IMG/VR virus record: IMGVR_UViG_2162886015_000002
Coordinates: 1-61,570 of that record
Direction: 5' to 3' (one strand)
Source of the DNA: a virus
Lineage: Duplodnaviria; Caudoviricetes
DNA length: 61,570 nt
Every line of letters begins with the position of its first letter. Within the stretch, counting starts at the first letter, position 1. Shown one piece after another: positions 54,686 through 61,570 of the stretch. The translations under genes and the position numbers were made by a program. The notes under the pieces were generated by a model. The model saw nothing but the letters and a program-made list of their open reading frames with translations. It had not been told where the DNA came from and did no database searches.

Positions 54686-55348
54686 TCAATCGTACGCCAG
54701 ATCAGCCTCGCGGCGATTCGCAATGTCGGCAGATTTCGCGGGCGATTCATCGGCCACAAACTCCTCGGTTTCGACGACGCCCTGCGCCTTGAATTTGGCG
54801 TCGAGGCGGGCGATTCCGAGGTTCTCCATGGCGCGGTATTGCTTCGCCATCCAGATTGATGCGCGGTACAGCTTATCCTTCGTCACCTTGAATTCGTCGG
54901 CGAGGTCGCGAAAGGATAGTGCGTCGCGCTCAGATTTCGGCAGGTAATGGCGGGCGGTCAGCTTTGCGCACGGCTTCAGACCAAGGCCGCAACTACGACG
55001 CGCGTGCAGCGCCAGGCGCACCACGCCGGCCTGCTTGTCTTCTCCGATCCCGTAGCGTGCCAGCAGGGCGCCGCGCTCGGTCGACGGCAGCCGGTCGCGC
55101 ACGGCCGCGACGATCATCGCGCATTGGCCGCGCACCTCTATCTGATCAAGGCCTGAGAAATTGACGGTCTCCGAAGGCGCCCCCTTCAGCTGGTCGAGCC
55201 AGACCTGCTGACGTTTGGACAGGCTCGGCGCCACCTCCATCACCTTGATAAGGAACTGCCTGAACTTGTTTTCTCCCATCGCAGGTACTGACAGGATGAG
55301 AAACGACACGTGGAGGGCCTGCTCTGTGCTCTCGAAAATAGCGTCCAT
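54686..55348 (-). CDS. Q-like late regulator/antiterminator
   Basis: position before pR'; C-terminal HTH LSFRDLADEFKVTKDKLYR. Confidence 0.6.
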   Translation of the reverse strand: MDAIFESTEQALHVSFLILSVPAMGENKFRQFLIKVMEVAPSLSKRQQVWLDQLKGAPSETVNFSGLDQIEVRGQCAMIVAAVRDRLPSTERGALLARYGIGEDKQAGVVRLALHARRSCGLGLKPCAKLTARHYLPKSERDALSFRDLADEFKVTKDKLYRASIWMAKQYRAMENLGIARLDAKFKAQGVVETEEFVADESPAKSADIANRREADLAYD

Positions 55349-55361
55349 ATGGTTTCTCTCT

Positions 55362-55604
55362 TTAGTTTTTGCTGCTTTTACGTTTCTTGGCCACCTTGGT
55401 GGCGACTGCTGTTACTGAGTACTTCGGGCACCGGTCCGCCTCATACAGGTCTTGCACTGCCTTGCGCATGCCTTTCTTGCAGGTGAATTTCTCGAAACCG
55501 GGTGTTCTGTCCTGCTCGCTGAACCGGCAGCCGTGACAGCAGTCGCGCTGCTTGCGTTGCAGCACGATCACTGGATCGTCGGCGAGCGGCCAGTTCTGGC
55601 TCAA
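55362..55604 (-). CDS. small Cys-rich protein
   Basis: DPVIVLQRKQ..CCHGC...C...RCPKY; TTGA overlap. Confidence 0.55.
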   Translation of the reverse strand: MSQNWPLADDPVIVLQRKQRDCCHGCRFSEQDRTPGFEKFTCKKGMRKAVQDLYEADRCPKYSVTAVATKVAKKRKSSKN

Positions 55605-55942
55605 ATCACACCCTTGGCGTGCAACCTGACGATTGAACGGATGTGGCCTTCGAACCACGCGACGACGACTTCCGCGTAAGTCATGCCGCGCGGCGGTGGC
55701 CTCTGACCGTCGTACACCGCATCGCATGCGGTGCACGCGTATGCGCCGCAGAGGTCGTCAGCCTTGAGCGCACCAGCTTTGCCGCCAGCGCCGCCGCGGT
55801 AGTGACTCCAGATCGTCGCCGCCGGATCGCAGAGGCATGCGCCGGGCAGCCGAACGAGACATTCCTCATCGCGCGCGGAATCGCGGATCTTTTGGTTCCT
55901 GTAAGTTCTCACCTTGGTGAAGCCGATCAGGCGCGCGGTCAT
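55601..55942 (-). CDS. DUF1364/YbcO-like nuclease
   Basis: SARDEECLVRLPG.C...H...K.DDL..AYACTACD...DG. Confidence 0.8.
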   Translation of the reverse strand: MTARLIGFTKVRTYRNQKIRDSARDEECLVRLPGACLCDPAATIWSHYRGGAGGKAGALKADDLCGAYACTACDAVYDGQRPPPRGMTYAEVVVAWFEGHIRSIVRLHAKGVI

Positions 55943-56556
55943 GAGCTCGGCCCTTCCACGTTTCTGGCTGCGTTACCGAAAAGGGCGCACGCCGCATCGA
56001 ATAAAGTGGAATACCGCCCAAGGAAATAGCTCTTCTTATTCCTTCGGATGGAGACCGCCCACTTGCCGCGCTTGGCGACCCATGAAACTCCTGAGACGCC
56101 GCCCGATGCCTTTCTGACTGGCGAGAAAATCGCGTCCTCATCACTCCAGCCCAGATCGAGTCGCTTCCAGATAGTGTCGGCGTCAACTCCAGAGACGCGG
56201 CTCCATTCGGCCATCGTCCGCGTCTCGCCGCGTGCAATGAGTTTGCGGTTCGTCTTGACGTTGTTCGCCTGCTCGACGAGCGTCGCCCAACGACAATTGC
56301 CCGGCTGATAGTTGCCAGCGCCGTCCGGGTAGCGATCAATCGAGTATTCAGGACCAGGCTTCGCCCCCATGTCTGAGAGGAACGCCTCGAACGACTCGCG
56401 CCAGCGCTCACACACCGAAATTCCTTTGGCGCCGTACTTTTCGTAGCCGCCGCTACCGGGACAATGGCATCGTGCTTTGATCGCACACCACGTCGTGTAT
56501 TCAGAGGTGGGTTCCCCGTCCTTTGTGTGGCCGTGGGTCTCGTTGAAATGCCTCAT
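55939..56556 (-). CDS. HNH-AP2-like endonuclease
   Basis: YG.KGISVCERW..SFEAFLSDMG...SIDR...GNYQPGNCRWAT..EQANN; AP2-like tail. Confidence 0.85.
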   Translation of the reverse strand: MRHFNETHGHTKDGEPTSEYTTWCAIKARCHCPGSGGYEKYGAKGISVCERWRESFEAFLSDMGAKPGPEYSIDRYPDGAGNYQPGNCRWATLVEQANNVKTNRKLIARGETRTMAEWSRVSGVDADTIWKRLDLGWSDEDAIFSPVRKASGGVSGVSWVAKRGKWAVSIRRNKKSYFLGRYSTLFDAACALFGNAARNVEGPSS

Positions 56557-56975
56557 TCGAATTGCACTCCCAGGTCGGCCGCTGCGTATGCCTCGACATC
56601 CTTGATGTACTTGGACATCCGCTTCAGGCTGATATGGCCGCGCGCTACCGAACTGCGCTTCAGCACGATTTCGCCGCTTGGTGTGGTGATCTCGCGCGTC
56701 GGCAGGAACATCTTGGCCAGTTCCTCATGCCATGCGTCCTTATCGAACCGGCGCCCCTCGATCCATGCCTGCTCGGCGATCGTCTTCACGACCACGCCGA
56801 AGTAGTAGCGGATCTGTTCGTCAAGGCGGTCCGTTTCCTCCTCGGTGATGATCACGCGCAGAGGTTTGCCTTTATCGGCGAACGCCGGCGCATTCGATTT
56901 GACGAAGGCGACGAGTGAAGACCAGATGCCGCCGTCGCGGAGAACGAACTCTCGGTAGAGGTTAGCTTCGCTCAT
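56553..56975 (-). CDS. ninB: NinB-like recombination protein
   Basis: R.DEQIRYYFG...IAEQ...DAWHE...MSKYIKDVEAYAA..LGVQF. Confidence 0.75.
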   Translation of the reverse strand: MSEANLYREFVLRDGGIWSSLVAFVKSNAPAFADKGKPLRVIITEEETDRLDEQIRYYFGVVVKTIAEQAWIEGRRFDKDAWHEELAKMFLPTREITTPSGEIVLKRSSVARGHISLKRMSKYIKDVEAYAAADLGVQFE

Positions 56976-56978
56976 CGT

Positions 56979-57143
56979 TCAATATCTCCGGTGGGGATAT
57001 TTCTTCACGTCAGCCGCTGCTTTCTCACGCTCGACGCGCCAGCGAGACTCGCGCGGCGTCTCTTGTGCGGGCACGGGTTTCTGTTCGGTCTGCTCGCGGA
57101 TGGCCTTAGCCTGGTCGCGGATGATGGGGTCGTGTGAGTTCAC
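56979..57143 (-). CDS. small basic protein
   Basis: GAGG RBS, GTGA overlap. Confidence 0.5.
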   Translation of the reverse strand: MNSHDPIIRDQAKAIREQTEQKPVPAQETPRESRWRVEREKAAADVKKYPHRRY

Positions 57144-57679
57144 GCTGTCACCTCGTCGGGAACGTCCATCGGTTGCGCAAAGACGCGCCCGGAACAGCCA
57201 GCCGGCGGCCGAACGAGACCGGTGGCGACCGCAAATGGATTGACCGGTTTTCTCTTCTGACGATGGGTAAGAGGGCGAGCTGCATCCGGCCGCGCGCCAA
57301 GAGCCCAGATAGCGGATGGCTTTTTCATCCTGGGCAACCATTCGCACACGTAGACGATCCTGCCGCGCCGATGATTGAGCAGCTTGTACACGGCCGAAGT
57401 GTGGATTCCAGTGGCCGCCGTGATCTGGTCGGCCGTCATGCCACCGTCAGCCTCGCGCATTGCTTTTTCGATACGCTCCCAGTTCTCGCTGTAGTGGGGC
57501 TGGACATAATCGGCGGGGCGCTGCATACCTCGGTAGTAAGCACGACTCCGGATCCCGTCTTCGTTGTGGCGCGGGATGGCTGCGATGATGTCCCGGATTT
57601 CGGCCCCGGCCTCGTACATGCGACGCAAGGTCGCTTCCTCGGCGGTCGTCCACAATTTGTAATTTTCTCGCTTGCCCAT
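57140..57679 (-). CDS. HTH/Myb-like protein
   Basis: WTTAEEATLRRMY...; MTADQITAATGI. Confidence 0.65.
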   Translation of the reverse strand: MGKRENYKLWTTAEEATLRRMYEAGAEIRDIIAAIPRHNEDGIRSRAYYRGMQRPADYVQPHYSENWERIEKAMREADGGMTADQITAATGIHTSAVYKLLNHRRGRIVYVCEWLPRMKKPSAIWALGARPDAARPLTHRQKRKPVNPFAVATGLVRPPAGCSGRVFAQPMDVPDEVTA

Positions 57680-58149
57680 TACGCCACCTCCAGGTCAAAA
57701 GATGGCTGGTGCGTGACGCTGACCAGCGGCTCGACCATCACCTCGACGCGCGGATTGCGCTTGTCTAGTCCCCAATAGACGTGCTTCTCGCGGACCTGAC
57801 GGTCATTGACGTAGACGCCTTTCTGGATCAGTACGCGTTGGGGTTTGACGCCCAGTTCGCGGTCCGCCTTCGTCAGCTTTATGGACTTGTAGCGGTCCTG
57901 AAGCACGTCGAGCACAACTGACTCGTCGAGATCAGGCCGCTCGCTCGCATAGAAAATGTGCATGGTGACGCGCACGGGGCAGGCGATTCGCACGCGAGCC
58001 GTCGGCGGGATCTGCTTCAGGGCGTTCGCTTCGAAGTCGAGCGCCTTCTCGCTCTTGATGCTGGCCATTCGGCCCGCGATCTTTGCGATCTTTCGGCTGT
58101 TGGCCTTCGACGCAGGCTCGCCAAGGATCGTGAATTTGATTGGGCTCAT
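57679..58149 (-). CDS. rusA: RusA-like Holliday junction resolvase
   Basis: GEPASKANSR...RPDLD...LDVLQ...NDRQV...NPRVEV. Confidence 0.8.
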   Translation of the reverse strand: MSPIKFTILGEPASKANSRKIAKIAGRMASIKSEKALDFEANALKQIPPTARVRIACPVRVTMHIFYASERPDLDESVVLDVLQDRYKSIKLTKADRELGVKPQRVLIQKGVYVNDRQVREKHVYWGLDKRNPRVEVMVEPLVSVTHQPSFDLEVA

Positions 58150-59540
58150 TCGAATCCCTTCCGTGATTTTTCGGGCGCAACGCGGGGCGTCGGTAGGTAG
58201 CCGGGTGCGAGATCGGCGAATTTCTGCTGTTCGCCGATAAAGGCAAGTCGTACGTGACCCGTCTCGCCGTTGCGCTGTTTGCCAACGATGATTTCGGCCG
58301 TTCCGCGATCCGGCGAATCGGAGTTGTAGACTTCGTCGCGGTAGAGCATCAGGATCACGTCGGCGTCCTGCTCGATGGCACCTGAGTCACGCAGGTCCGC
58401 CATCGTCGGACGCTTGTTCGGACGTTGCTCGACGCCGCGGTTGAGCTGCGCGAGCACGATGACGGGCACATCGAGATGTTTCGCGAGACCTTTCAGGCCC
58501 GCCGAGTAACCGGCGATCTTCAGGTCCTGCCGCTCCTCGGTGCCGCCGGTCATCAAACCCAGGTAGTCGACGATGATCAGCCCGAGACCGTGCCGACGTT
58601 TGATCGTCCGGCTGCGGCTGACGATCTCAGCGAGTGAGAGCCCAGACGTATCGTCGACGAGCATCGGCATGTCAGCCATGACGCTCACCGCGTGGGTGAG
58701 ACGCGCCCAATCTTCGTCGACAATCCGCTTGCCATCGAGGATGTGCGGAAGTGGAATGCCGCCGATGCGCGCGAGGTTGCGTTGATGCAGGGACTTGGTG
58801 GACATCTCCATCGAGAAAACCGCCACCGTTTCTCCACGTTCCGCAACGTGTCCACCGATGCACATCGAGAATGCCGTTTTCCCCATCGATGGCCGACCGG
58901 CAACGATGATCAGTTCCGCACCACGCAGACCGCCGCCGAGCTTCTCGTCGAGATCCCGAAAACCCGTCGAGACAACCTCGAGTTCGGCACCATGGAAACG
59001 GGCGTCGATCTCTTCGACGATCTCCGTGAGCGCGGGGCCAGGCAACTGTGGCTCGAATGTGCGCACTTCGGCCAGCGGTTCGAGTTTCGATTGCGCCAGA
59101 GCAATGATTTCCTCGACCGGGCGTCCGTCAGGGTGAAACGCCATCGCGGAGATTTCGTCGGAAGCGGAGATCAGGCCGCGCAAGCGCCAGCGATTGATGA
59201 TGATCTCGGCCCAGCGCTGCACGCCGCTACTGCCGGGTGTGTTCTGCACCAGGGCGTTTAGGTAAGCGAGGCCGCCAACTTCATCCGCTTTGCCGGTACC
59301 CTGCAAATACTCGAACACCGTCACCAGGTCAGCTTGCTTGCCGGCGAGAATCATCCGGCCGATGGCGTCGAACACGATTCGATGGTCGTAGCGATAGAAG
59401 TGTTCTGCGCGCAACTCGGTCAGGCGATCGATTGCGTCATTGTCGAAGAGCAGGGCACCGAGAACCGATTGCTCAGCCTCGACGCTATGCGGCGGAACGG
59501 ACAGCTTGCGCTCGTCGGTAGGGTCGTTTCGCGCGTTCAT
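58146..59540 (-). CDS. dnaB: replicative DNA helicase
   Basis: PPHSVEAEQSVLG, AGRPSMGKT, IVDYLGL, LAQLNR, DLRDSGAIEQDAD, KQRNG. Confidence 0.95.
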   Translation of the reverse strand: MNARNDPTDERKLSVPPHSVEAEQSVLGALLFDNDAIDRLTELRAEHFYRYDHRIVFDAIGRMILAGKQADLVTVFEYLQGTGKADEVGGLAYLNALVQNTPGSSGVQRWAEIIINRWRLRGLISASDEISAMAFHPDGRPVEEIIALAQSKLEPLAEVRTFEPQLPGPALTEIVEEIDARFHGAELEVVSTGFRDLDEKLGGGLRGAELIIVAGRPSMGKTAFSMCIGGHVAERGETVAVFSMEMSTKSLHQRNLARIGGIPLPHILDGKRIVDEDWARLTHAVSVMADMPMLVDDTSGLSLAEIVSRSRTIKRRHGLGLIIVDYLGLMTGGTEERQDLKIAGYSAGLKGLAKHLDVPVIVLAQLNRGVEQRPNKRPTMADLRDSGAIEQDADVILMLYRDEVYNSDSPDRGTAEIIVGKQRNGETGHVRLAFIGEQQKFADLAPGYLPTPRVAPEKSRKGFE

Positions 59541-60301
59541 GCAGCGTCCCTCCCGTGTGCGCGCTTCGCCTGTTCGCCGACAGTCGTCAGCGCGCAGGTG
59601 CCGTCAGACCCGATCCACCAGAGCTTGAACCAGTTGCCGCGCACAGATTTGCGGAACACCGAGCGCCAGTCCTTGTACCGCTTCGAACCCTCTTCGCTGT
59701 AGCGAGCCTTGAACTCGAGCCAGTGCAGACGCAGGAAGTCGTCAGGGATGGCGGTCTTCGACGCGTAGTCGAAAACGGCGTCGTTTTCCAGAATCGGCTT
59801 TTCGCCTTTTTCCTTGCACTGCTCGAGGAATGTCTTCAGCGCGATGGTTGGCCGTTTTTTTGTTTCTTCGATTTCGCCCCCCTTGGGGGTAGTGGGGGGT
59901 TGTTTACTACTCTTACTCTTCTCTTCTCTAGTCCGCTTTTTGTCCGCATCAGAAGCGGACAAACGTACGGCTCGCTTGCGGTCGCTATCCTGTGCGCGAC
60001 GCTTGGCCGACTGGCCGTTGTGGGTGTCAAACTCAGGCAGATTAAGGCCTTCCGGGCTATCGTCGAGCCAACCAACCATTTTCATGGCTGCTGCGAAGCC
60101 AGGCCACCCGATCAGATCGTCAACCGTCGACAGCGCATAGCCTTCGATGTGTCCGTCAATTGAGTGCGCGTCGAACAGACACCAGACGGACATAAGTCCG
60201 CCAACTGTCCGAAATCTGTCCGCTTTCAATGCGGACGAAATGCGGACAACTTTCGGATGCGTGAAGAGATCCGAGCGCATCTTGATCCAGTCGCCTGCCA
60301 C
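59537..60301 (-). CDS. replication initiator protein
   Basis: MAGDWIKMR.DL..HPKV; C-terminal YKDWRSVFR; upstream of dnaB. Confidence 0.8.
   Translation of the reverse strand: MAGDWIKMRSDLFTHPKVVRISSALKADRFRTVGGLMSVWCLFDAHSIDGHIEGYALSTVDDLIGWPGFAAAMKMVGWLDDSPEGLNLPEFDTHNGQSAKRRAQDSDRKRAVRLSASDADKKRTREEKSKSSKQPPTTPKGGEIEETKKRPTIALKTFLEQCKEKGEKPILENDAVFDYASKTAIPDDFLRLHWLEFKARYSEEGSKRYKDWRSVFRKSVRGNWFKLWWIGSDGTCALTTVGEQAKRAHGRDAA
59901..60248. repeat. putative replication origin iterons
   Basis: (T)GTCCG(C) / (G)CGGAC at 59931, 59941, 59955, 60187, 60196, 60206, 60217, 60231, 60242; pyrimidine-rich tract 59901-59930. Confidence 0.6.
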
Positions 60302-60543
60302 TACACGCCTCCCTTCGATTGCTTGGCCATGTACGCGCGAAGCTTCTTAATTGCGTCGCCCGCCATCCACTGAACCGGCACGGCGCTGTGACAAGCCGCC
60401 ATGCGGTGCAGTAGTTCCATCACCTCCGCGAGATCGGGGTCGTGGATTGGTAATGCCGCAGACGCTGCGTTGATATGCCGCAAGCGGTTTGCGATCGCGA
60501 GTTCTGATGGGGATAGAGACGTACTGCGCTTGTTCATGGTCAA
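60301..60543 (-). CDS. hypothetical protein
   Basis: ORF coupled to initiator. Confidence 0.55.
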   Translation of the reverse strand: MTMNKRSTSLSPSELAIANRLRHINAASAALPIHDPDLAEVMELLHRMAACHSAVPVQWMAGDAIKKLRAYMAKQSKGGV

Positions 60544-60544
60544 C

Positions 60545-60709
60545 TCAGCGGCGGTGGCGCGGTTTTTCAGTCATGCGTGCGAGCGACGCACACAAGAGGC
60601 TCACCAACTGGTGCTTTTCCGCCTTTTTCCGGGCTTGCCCGATCTTCACGGCGATCGCTTCCTGCTCACGCCACGCGGGCGGTGGATTGTTGAAAAGGTC
60701 GCGTTTCAA
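60545..60709 (-). CDS. small hypothetical protein
   Basis: GAGGAGG RBS; TTG start overlapping upstream stop. Confidence 0.5.
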   Translation of the reverse strand: MKRDLFNNPPPAWREQEAIAVKIGQARKKAEKHQLVSLLCASLARMTEKPRHRR

Positions 60710-61570
60710 AAGGCCTCCTCAGCGGAGAAAAGTTGAGGTTGGACCGCGCCGTTGGCGTAGACGACATCGAGCACGACGTCGCCAGTCGGTTCGTCGCCTT
60801 CCCAGCCATCCGGCCATGTTTTCAAGGCGATCAACTCGCGGATGCGCGCTTCCTCCTCGGCGTTGATTAGGCTGATTTCGGGACGGCCGAGCGCGCGCCC
60901 GGCGCGGTTGCTTTCGTTCTGGATCGACAGGATGCGATCCAGCGCCATCAGACGTGCGTCGAACGTAAGCGGCCCGAGACGCTGCGGATTCTTAGCGTTG
61001 CTGCCGTCTTTAAGCTTTTCGAGGCCCGGCTTGCGAAGTCGGTTATGCGGCTCACGCAATTCGCGCCACAGTGGCTTCAGGGCGCGCAAAGGAGCGAGGT
61101 ACGCCCAGTGGGGCATAGCCAAAACGGTCTCGAGTGCCTTCTCTTCCTGCGCAAGCGGGCAACCAATGCAGCCTGTTCGGGCGTTAATCTCTTCGGCTTC
61201 GTCGCCGCCGTACGCGTCCGCGATCGCGGCCGTCGACCAGTCGCCGAACTCGGCTTGGGGTGCCCAGTGGCGCAGCCATTCCCAGACGTGGCAAACACGC
61301 CAGTGCAGGATCGGCGCGAGCGTCGCGATTCGGCCACGGAGGCCGCGTGCGTTGGGCAGAACCTGCTGATACCATCCCTGACCGCACTCCGCACCGTCCT
61401 TACCGCAACTCATCTCGATACGGCGATCGCGGATCGCGCTTTCGCCCTGGCGCACGCCGGTGATCATCAGGATGTTGCCGTCGAGGCCTTCGAGCCGCTG
61501 GCGCAACGCCTCTTCCATCGGATCAATCTTGATCTGCCGGGTGCACCAGCGCAGTGTGTTGTTGTTCGGC
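60706..61570 (-). CDS. 3' part of DndC-like / PAPS reductase-family protein
   Basis: RWCTRQIKIDP, GVRQGES..R, PILHW...VWEWL, RTGCIGCPL, GPLTFDAR. Confidence 0.85.
   Translation of the reverse strand, partial: PNNNTLRWCTRQIKIDPMEEALRQRLEGLDGNILMITGVRQGESAIRDRRIEMSCGKDGAECGQGWYQQVLPNARGLRGRIATLAPILHWRVCHVWEWLRHWAPQAEFGDWSTAAIADAYGGDEAEEINARTGCIGCPLAQEEKALETVLAMPHWAYLAPLRALKPLWRELREPHNRLRKPGLEKLKDGSNAKNPQRLGPLTFDARLMALDRILSIQNESNRAGRALGRPEISLINAEEEARIRELIALKTWPDGWEGDEPTGDVVLDVVYANGAVQPQLFSAEEAF

Overview
The window is a complete, circularly permuted 61,570-bp temperate phage genome. It is GC-rich, has a contractile tail and resembles Burkholderiaceae phages; the host is inferred, not shown. Circularity is visible directly: a DndC/PAPS-reductase-like gene reads in frame across the 61570/1 junction, and an intact attP (3' half of a tRNA-Ser-like gene, arm repeats, IHF site) follows the integrase. 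The + strand carries the immunity region (cI, hicB-like/hicA), a long early operon (RecT, YqaJ, accessory genes) and xis/int. The - strand carries cro/cII-like genes, replication, nin/Q-like, packaging, head, tail and lysis genes, interrupted by a + strand methyltransferase moron. The standout system is a diversity-generating retroelement (DGR) at 12.5-15.1 kb with the order target1-target2-avd-TR/RT. It diversifies two small, apparently cytoplasmic C-type-lectin/DUF1566-like proteins in the early operon rather than a tail fibre. Four details are unusual: (1) the TR lies inside the open RT reading frame, after a structured RNA-like element; (2) VR2 carries a 1-nt deletion that frameshifts the protein; (3) a third, remote paralogue has an orphan VR; (4) all three VRs are followed by tandem 8-bp AT-rich repeats, and no obvious GC hairpin follows VR1 or VR2. 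All alignments and counts were done by eye, and family names come from motif recognition, not database searches.
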